From Emiliania huxleyi CCMP1516 (lineage: Eukaryota): a DNA stretch of 40,524 nt. The DNA lies in assembly GCF_000372725.1 (NCBI RefSeq), contig NW_005202428.1:377669-418192 (forward strand), written 5' to 3'. The notes below the pieces were generated by a model. That model had not been told where the DNA came from. It ran no database searches and saw only the letters and a program-made list of their open reading frames with translations. Positions 32,444 to 40,524 of this stretch are shown in pieces (position 1 is the first letter of the stretch; every line of letters begins with the position of its first letter). The position numbers and the translations under genes are program-made.

Positions 32444-32923
32444 TCACTCTAGTTCGCACGCGGTGCGGCGGAGCCAATCGTGCAGCCTCCCTGTCGCTTT
32501 GAATGCGGGCCTGAGTCGCAGGTCGTCTTCCAGCAGTGCCATGTAAGGGACACGGCAGCGGCTCTGCCACTCAAACGCGAGGAAACGGCTGGCGTGCGTG
32601 GCCACGTTGCCCCATCGCTCCCACTGCTTGCACAAAGCGTGGAACCGCAGCCCCGCTCGCCGCAGCGCCAGCCTGGCCTCGGTCTGGTTGTACCCAGACA
32701 CGGACCGCATCACGACCAAATCTGGCATCGCGGTCCGGAGCTCCTCGACCCACTGCGCACGCTCTGGCGTCAGCAGGCTCATGACAACGACAACAATGGG
32801 CATCCCGCCGCAGGCGTGGTCGCCGGTATGGTTGGCGACATGCTGCGGGCTTGGGCAGGGCGGCATCGGAGCGCTGCTCATATCGCGTACCAGCGGCTCC
32901 GACAAACCACGGAGCAGCCGCAA
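32444..32923 (-). pseudogene. Glycosyltransferase family 25-like N-terminal fragment
   Basis: IVVVVMSL...ERAQW...RSVSG...GNVATHASRFLAFEW...YMALLEDD follows the GT25 motif order, but the ORF ends soon after the EDD motif. Confidence 0.5.
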
Positions 32924-33049
32924 CAGCGCGTGAGCGTTCGGTGCGCGCGTGTCCTTTTGTGCCCCTACGTGTGCGCCGTTTGACGCGTTCGGGACGGGTC
33001 CGCCCCCTTCCTAACTAGGGATCCGTGCCCGGGAGTGAACAAGCCGCGG

Positions 33050-33101
33050 GAGCTGGCGGACGTCTGGCGCGGCTTTGTGCTGCCAAGGGTGGTGGCGATG
33101 A
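33050..33101 (+). repeat. Orphan copy of the last about 52 nt of the ankyrin gene CDS (35252-35305)
   Basis: gagctggcggac(g/a)tctggcgcggctttgtgctgccaagggtggtg(gt)gcgatga at both sites. Confidence 0.9.
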
Positions 33102-33563
33102 CTGCAACGGTCCTGTGTTTTCGTGGCAGCCCAAACGCAACCCCAGAGCCTCGCTCTTACGCTCGGAGGCCTACGCTCGACAGTGAGTCGATTAATGTTT
33201 CGCGGAGGGAGGCGCTGTTAGCGGCGGAGGAGGCGAAGGCGGCCGCGCGGGCGGCGGAGAAGGCGGCGCGGGCAGCGGAGGGGGGGAAGGGCGGCGGCAG
33301 CGGGCGGCAGTCCCGCGAGGCACGCCGGCGGAAGGGTTCGTCTTCGCGGGGCGGGGTGCGCACTGCGCGCCGCGAGGATGAGGAGCCTGAGCCAGGGGAG
33401 GGTTGGGAAGGGGGGGCGAGGCCGGAGGAGTATGACGGCCTCTTCGACGGCCCATAAGGGGCCGTTGTCTGCTGTGCCTTTTGTGGTGCTAGTTCGTGCC
33501 AGTCTGCTGTGAGAGGGGCTTGTGTTCGTAGAATTCTTCTTTCAGGCGTGAGAAAAACACAGT

Positions 33564-35305
33564 ATGAGCGGCGCCATCAGCCCCGCCCTCGTGCTCGCGG
33601 ACCTGGCTCAGGGCGACCTGGCCTCGCTGCTCGCCTTCCTCTCCGGGCAGGGGGCGAGCGGCACGTCGCTCGCGGCCCAGCTCGACGCGCGGCACGACAC
33701 CGAGAAACAGGACACGCTGCTCACCTGGGCCGCTCGGCACGGGCAGGCCGAGGCGGTGCGGCTGCTGCTCGAGGGCGGCGCGAGCGCCGGGGCGGCTGAC
33801 GGTGAAGGCGCTGCCGCTCTCCTCCTCGCGTGCGAGGGGGGCTACCCCGAGTGCGTCCAGCTGCTCCTCGAGGCCAGTGCGGCGGTCAACCAAGCAGACT
33901 CTGGAGGCTTCACGCCGCTGTTCGTTGCGTCCCAGATCGGCCAGCACGAGTGCGCCCGGCTGCTCCTCGAGGCTGGCGCGGCGTTCAACCAAGCCGCGGA
34001 TGATGGCGTCACGCCGCTGTTCATGGCGTGCCAGAACGGCCACCCCGAGTGCGCCCGGCTGCTCCTCGAGATTGGCGCGGCGGTCAACCAAGCAGATGCT
34101 GGAGGCGCCACGCCGCTGTACGTTGCGTCCCAGAACGGCGAGCACGAGTGCGCCAGGCTGCTTCTCGAGGCGGGCGCGGCGGCCGATCGAGCCAAGGATG
34201 CTGACGGCGCCACGCCGCTGTACCTTNNNNNNNNNNNNNNNNNNNNNNNNNNNNNNNNNNNNNNNNNNNNNNNNNNNNNNNNNNNNNNNNNNNNNNNNNN
34301 NNNNNNNNNNNNNNNNNNNNNNNNNNACCAGGCCAAGGATGACGGTACCACGCCGCTGTACATCGCGTGCCAGAACAACCACCTCGAGATCGCCCGGCTG
34401 CTCCTCGAGGCTAGCGCGGCGGTCAACCAAGCCACGCCGCTGTTCGTCAACCTGAACAGTGGCGCCACGCCGCTGTTCGTCGCGTGCCACTTCGGCCACC
34501 TCGAGGTCGCCAAGCTCCTCTCCTCCTACGGCGCCTCCCGCGCCGCTACGCCCTTTGGCACGCCCAAGGAGGCTGCAAACCGCGAAGGCCACGCCGACCT
34601 CGCCGCCTGGCTGGTCGCCAGCCGCGGCTGGACGCCGCTCCAGCATCTCGAGGCGTGCCCGAGACTAGCGGCCGAAGGCGTGAGCGCGTTGTCCTCACGC
34701 CCATTGCCCCTCTTCCGCAGGCGCTCACCGTCGAGCGGGCGCGGGCGCTGCTGCGCGGCGGCGCGGACTCTTCAGCCGGCGAGCCTTCTGCCCTCGAGCG
34801 GGCGCGCGTCCTCTGCTCGTGGGGCGAGTCGGATCCGACCGTTGCGGCCGTCGGCTCCACCGTCGCGATCCACTCTCTCGTCTCGCGGCCCTCGATGAAC
34901 GGCAAGGTCGGCGTCGTCGTCTCCGCGAGCGCTTCGACGTGCCGCTTCGGCGTGCGCGTGACGGGCGAGGCCAAGGCCCTCGCACTGAGGCGCGCTATGC
35001 AATGGTCTCTCCCCGACTCGCCGGATCCTCTCTTTGACACACCTCTGCCCTCCCTCAGGCCGGCCAACCTGGAGCCAGCGGCCGAGGCGGTGGAGGCGGG
35101 CAGGCTGGTCCTCAAGGCGGCGGAGTGGTCGCCGCAGTCGCACGAGCTCTTCCCGGAGGCGGCTCGCAAGCGGGCGGTCGAGGTGATGCGGCTGGGCTAC
35201 CTGATCGCTTGGGACGAGGAGCGCTTTGACAGCCGCGAGGGAGCGGCTCCAGAGCTGGCGGACATCTGGCGCGGCTTTGTGCTGCCAAGGGTGGTGGTGC
35301 GATGA
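33564..35305 (+). CDS. Ankyrin-repeat protein with C-terminal SH3-like and helical extensions; spans an assembly gap
   Basis: Tandem repeats of the form GxTPLxxAxxxGHxECARLLLEAGAAVNQA. GC-AG introns at 34653-34720 and 34990-35058. C-terminal GSTVAIHSLVSRPSMNGKVGVVV...RFGVRV...LRPANL and WSPQSHELFP. Confidence 0.88.
34227..34326. other. Assembly gap (100 N)
   Basis: Run of N. Confidence 1.
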
Positions 35306-35307
35306 GG

Positions 35308-35402
<95 letters not shown>
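35308..35402. repeat. (CA)n microsatellite directly after the ankyrin stop codon
   Basis: Direct reading. Confidence 0.97.
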
Positions 35403-35405
<3 letters not shown>

Positions 35406-37539
35406 GGCGCGCGAATTGTTTTGAATCTAAAAAATCGCGGGCGGGAAAAAACACGCGGCGCCGAATCTCGAGCTGTCGCGTGTGTCGGATACGGCTTTAC
35501 GATCCCGGATGCCGGATCCGCGTTCGCGCCAAGGCCTCCACACTCCACACACCACAGCCAGTCCGAGCCAGCCGCAACTTGTGTGACGGGCATTATAGAT
35601 GACCGCGGGTACTTCTACAGTCTCAGAGCCGGACGGGCCCTCACCGTCCTCATCCCCTCCCCAGGCCCCTCCCCCTCAGGCTAGGCCCTCGCCACCGCCG
35701 CTGCCGCCGTCTCCGCGGTCAGGCCTCGCCCCGGCCGAGTTCCGCCCGCCTCCGGCTCCTCCGTCGCCCGAGCGCATCTGGCGCACTAAACCCGTGCGGG
35801 GCTGCACCGCGGCCACGATGGCCCGCGTTAGCGCTTCGCTGCGCCTCTTGGCTTGAGTCAGGCTTCGGGCCCCTGGCCTTAATCGCTCGCGCGCGGGGCC
35901 GGGGGTGTGCCTGCTTGGCTCAAGCCAAACAACAACAAACACTTATGGCTCTCTGATGCCCAATGCGTGCACTCGTCCCTCTCTGTATGTGTGGGTTCGT
36001 GTGTGCGGGGGCCCTCCTTGTCTGTTGTCTCTGCCTCTAGAGACAGTGATCAGTGTGAGCTGTGAGGTATAAGCACCTATACCTCTCTGGGGGGGCGCGG
36101 GGGCCCCCGGAGGCACCGTGCGCCGCGCAGCAGTGCGGAAACGGGGCTCCGGCGCTCAGAGTCGCTCAGAGCACCAACTTCCCGATCTAACCCGGTCTAA
36201 CAGAGGGCAGATTTGGAGAGATCTCGAGGAGTACATACAGATAGACCCTCCAACCATCAGAAACCTCCAACCTGATCGGTCGTACTGACCGCCGACAGAT
36301 CACTCCAGACAGCAGACAGGCCGACGTCTGCACGCGGCCGGCCGGGCGAGAGGCTTGACACGATCCGACCCTGCGACCCTGATGCTGCTGCTCTAGCTAT
36401 GAGACATGCATTGCTGACTGCTGCCACAATGTGCGACCTGTGCTGGCCCACTTGGCGGCCTTCCCGGTCAGTGGTGAGGCGCAGTTCAGAGCTGTCGATG
36501 GCGCGATGCCGCACTGGTCCCACATCGGTGACACGAGACCACCACGTTTGCCGGTCCAAGAGAGAGGCACCGGCGCTGTCCTGAGAAGGTGCATGGTCCC
36601 TCTTGACTGCCCATGCGCGCGAGGCCGTGTAGGCATAGCCTCGAGAGTGCCAGCAGCCAATCCGAGGCAGTCTGTGACGCGCATTGCGTCAGAAGCGTGC
36701 ACGCGCTGGAAGGACACCTTCCTACTGGCCGTACGATCAGGTCGTCACTGAATGCCGAAGACTAAGGCCGCGAGCTATGCAGGCGGTCAGTTGAGCAGCA
36801 TGGCACGGTCAGCAGCGCCGAAAGGATGTCGCAAGGCGTGATAGCATGGCCGCAAGTACGCCGAATTCCCATGAAAACAAGTAAAAAATCGCGCGAAAAA
36901 AGAAAAATGCCAAAAAATCGGCGTCTGCGGCGGGCTGGGGGACCCCATCTCCCCCCCGCATGGGTACCCCCTAGGGCCCTCGCCTCCCCCCAGAGCTATA
37001 CCTACCGTTAACGACGTTTGACGAGACAGCTCTCTACTGGAGTACTGCGCGGCCCGGGGCCCGGCACACACGCATAAATCAGCAACTGAAAATGTCAATC
37101 GTCAATTTTGACACAGACGAGCACTCAAAATAAATTACACCACTCCGGCCTCTGCAGCAGCTGGTTGCTCCGGCTCCGAGTCCTCGATTGGCCGCGCCAC
37201 AGTGCCATGCACCAGCGGCAGATCGAGGCGGCTCGGGCCGCCGCACGCGACCGACACGCGCAGCGCCGGGTCCTCGCTCGCGGGCAGGAAGCCCGGGTCG
37301 AAGAGGGTGAGCCCGAGACCGAGGAAGTGGCCCTGCGGACACGTCCAGGACTTGTGACGGACGTGTCCCGGCCTCGTCGTGCGGCGTCTGCCTCGAAGAG
37401 AGGTGCTGCAGCGACCGTTGGAGGCGTGCCGCTTGTCTACGCGCGCATGCTATGTGTGCGCGCATGCGTGGGTGGAGAGGTGGGTGGGGAGGTGCGTGCG
37501 TGGATGAGTGGGTGGACGGGTGGGTGGAGATGCGGTGTG

Positions 37540-39713
37540 AGCACCTGCGGCACGTCGACGCACAGCGCGCGCATCCGCACGTCGAACGGCGCGTCAGGCC
37601 CGTCCCAACCCACGTGGGACTTTGCCGGGTCGGTGAGGCTCGGCCTGCCGACGTTGNNNNNNNNNNNNNNNNNNNNNNNNNNNNNNNNNNNNNNNNNNNN
37701 NNNNNNNNNNNNNNNNNNNNNNNNNNNNNNNNNNNNNNNNNNNNNNNNNNNNNNNNGGTGCGACGTCTGGACTTGTGCTAGCGCTGTGATCACTTGCGCT
37801 CGTGGTGGATTGTCGTCATGGGCAGCAGTTGGGCTTAGTGCACAGTGCGATGGTCCTTGGATGCAGAAGGTGTATTCTCGCGGCTATCGAAAGCTTGCGT
37901 CGTCAGACAAGTGATGGGGGTGGAGTTCCTCCACCTCCCCCGCCTCCCTCACCTCCTCCGCCTCCACCTCCATCCCCACCGTGCCCCCCGGAGCCTGCGC
38001 CGCCGCCCGCGCCGCCGCCGCCTGCCTCGCCGCCGCCTGCCCCGCCGCCGCCTCCCCCCCGGCGGCACCTCCCCCGAGCAGGGGCTGGCCGAGCCGGAGC
38101 GAGACCGCTTCCTGCTCGCGGGGCGGGAGATATGGGGAGATGTGGGGAGATATGGGGAGATATGGCAGGGAGGCGACTTCCTGCTCGCGGGGCGGGAGAT
38201 ATGGGGAGATGTGGGGAGATATGGGGAGATATGGGGAGATATGGGGAGATATGGCAGGGAGACCGCTGCCTGCTCGCGGGGCGGCCACCGGTCGTACGAG
38301 ACGAACCGCGGCGCGACGAAGATGCCCTCGGGAGAGCGGAGCTGGAAGCGGATGGCCGGTCGGCTGGGCGGGTGATGTCCCACCTCCCCCTGCTGCGGCC
38401 CCGCCGGTGGCGGCTCTTTGCTCGGCCGCAGGTGCGCCTGCATGAAGCGGAGCGTCTCGTCCCAGACCGGCTGGTGCGCGACCAGCCCCCCGATGCCGGC
38501 GAGCGAGGGCAGCTCGGCCATCGCGTGCACGCCTTGGTTGATGAGCAGCTGCACGCGGCAGCCGGCGCCGTGCAGCGTCTGCCGCAGCATCAGCGCGGCG
38601 TCCGACACGAACAGCTCGTCCTGCGCGTTGTTTGAGACGAGCACGGGCAGCCGCCGGCCGCACATCTTTGCCGCAAAGGCCTCGGGGGACCGCTCTTCGG
38701 CCCACGCAAGCAGCGGGTCGACGTCGGCGGCCGGGTCGACGACGGCAGAGACGAGGCTCTCCCACATCGCGTGGATCTGCGGGTCGGGACGGCCGACGAG
38801 GATGGACGTGCTCATCAGGATGTCGAACCAGACCTGGTTCGGCGCCGCCTACCAGAGGGGAGTCGCTCACATGAGAGCCTGCCGCCGCTGCCGAACGGGA
38901 CGCTGGGTCGGGCGCCGCCTGCCCGGCGAGAGCTCTCGTCAGGTTGCCCCAGCCGGAGAGGGAAGCGGCACACTTGACCCGCGCGTCGTGCGCCGCGCCG
39001 AGGAGCGCGAGGCCTCCGCCGTACGACACGCCCACCATGCCGATCGCCTCCGCATCCGCCCGCCACTCCGCCGCCCTCTTCCCGACCTCGTCGAGCACGG
39101 CGCTGGCGTCCGCGACGTCCGCGGGGCCTGCGACCTCGATGAGGCCCTCCGAGTTGAACCAGCCGCGCGCCTGGTAGTGGAGCACCACGTACCCCGCCGC
39201 CGCCCACTCCTGCTGCTTGAGCGTGTACTCGAGCACGCACAGCGCCCAGCTGTTGGGCATCACGACCACCGGGAACGAGGCGCGCTCTCCGCCCCGCTGC
39301 TGAGGGATGGCGACGGTCGCGCGGAGGCGCGTGCCGTCTCCGCTCACCACCGTGAGGTGCTCCCACCGCACCGGACGCCCGCCCGGCCGCAGGTCGCTCA
39401 GGGAGACCGCCTGCGCCAGGCTCATCGCAGCGGCGTGTGCCTTGACCGCCGGCACCTGCACTGTCTCGTCGAGGAAGCCGGCGACCGCAGAGACTATGCC
39501 GAGCGCCCAGCCGGGAGCAGTCTTCTGCACTCTCTCTTTGACCTCCTCGACGCTGTTGGCAAACTGCTTGAGCACCTCAACCTGGTGGAGGGCGACTGCC
39601 TCCTCGGCAGCCTCGATGCCGTCGTAGCTCGCGCCGGTCCACAGGCCGTCGGGGAAGGCCGCTGCGGTCGCGAGCGAGGCGAAGAGCAGCAGCGGTTGTA
39701 GCGTACTGGGCAT
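37540..39713 (-). CDS. Secreted CocE/NonD-family (peptidase S15-like) serine hydrolase; C-terminal part disrupted or gapped
   Basis: Signal peptide, SGDGTRLRATVAIP, GYVVLHYQARGWFNSEG, nucleophile GVSYGGG, NNAQDELF and QGVHAMAE. Introns at 38918-38849 and 38269-38112. A possible last piece lies at 37656-37540 beyond the gap. Confidence 0.82.
37657..37756. other. Assembly gap (100 N)
   Basis: Run of N. Confidence 1.
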
Positions 39714-40524
39714 CCGGTCTGTGGCGGTTCGAGCGTGGGAGAGGGAGGACGATTCGTCGTCTGGCAGAGGAGAGCAAAACTTTGACGGATTTGGGCTCGG
39801 CTTGATGGCAATCGAAGGTGGAAGACGTTATTTTTCTTTTTTTACTTCGCCCCTTTTTTCGGAGGCGCCCGGCGGCCGTGCGCTTGGTGCCGACGTCGAC
39901 CGGCTGCTCTCGCGGCGCCGAGGCGTGCCGCTTCGGTCACGTCTCGCGCGCTGCGAGGTGTCTTTTGGCATGTGAGCGCTTGGCATAGACGCCAGGAAGC
40001 TCGCCTTGCCTGCGGCCGCGGGCGTGCGGGCGGGCACGCCAGGCTCGGCGACGCTCCGCGCGGGTCTTCGAGCTCGCGGGCCGCGACGAGCCAGCATGGC
40101 TCGTCGCTCGACGGGAGCCTGCCCAGCATGCTCTCGGCACTCTGTACAGCCTCGACAAGCTGTCTGGGAAGGCCGACAGGGCCAGGGCGGGCCGCCTCGG
40201 TTGCGATGGCGCGCTCCCTGAATGCTACCATGACTACGAGCTCTCCGATCGGGTCGCCGGCGGCGGGCTTGCGCGGCGCGCTGCTCGACGGCAGGCTGCT
40301 CCCCAACCTTTCAACAGTGTCTTTTATCTCGCTCCTCTCGCTGCAACCGCCTGCGGGGGCCGGCGCCGGCCGCCTCGCTTCGCCAGCGCTGCCTACGCCT
40401 ACGACACGCGCATCGGCTCCCCGCCCGCGTCGCCTGCGGCGGGCCCGCGGGCACGACGCTCGTCGGGAGCGTGCTCAGCAGGCTGTGCAGCGCAGCCTGA
40501 CTCACTCAGAGCGCTGCGATGCGC

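Noticed and set aside
36257..36717. Possible LINE C-terminus (DRQTWWSRV)
   Set aside because: It is a single short motif with no RT or endonuclease motifs nearby.
39828..40524. 3' end of a minus-strand gene at the right edge, with a possible junction-repeat intron (GGCCCGCCGCAG|GCG ... GGCCCCCGCAG|GCG)
   Set aside because: There is no recognisable protein to anchor the frame or splice sites, so it was not called.

Overview
This is eukaryotic, very GC-rich draft-genome sequence with three N gaps. It has short spliceosomal introns, many with GC donors, plus intronic 10-nt GGGAGATATG-type tandem repeats and long microsatellites. That style resembles the haptophyte Emiliania (Gephyrocapsa) huxleyi (inference, not verified). 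Recognisable genes are a syntaxin-16 5' exon, EIF1AD, a chimeric-looking 2OG-Fe(II) oxygenase, a class-3 lipase, a PfkB-family kinase, an F-box-like/Kelch protein, an aldehyde dehydrogenase, a divergent coproporphyrinogen III oxidase, a Pro-rich/GDPH-type surface protein, an SDR, a multi-pass membrane protein, an ankyrin protein and a CocE/NonD hydrolase. Between them lie gene fragments and dispersed repeats. Mobile DNA includes a restriction-like-endonuclease ORF of non-LTR retroelement type with no RT, and a 577-bp MITE with perfect 33-bp TIRs and a TA target duplication inside an exon. The most striking signal is that many introns, in several unrelated genes, begin with a near-copy of the first 8-15 nt of the downstream exon, or contain whole copies of the splice junction separated by the 10-nt repeat. 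This suggests intron birth by junction duplication, which would also explain the GC and GA donors. The MITE also carries potential splice sites that would restore the host reading frame.
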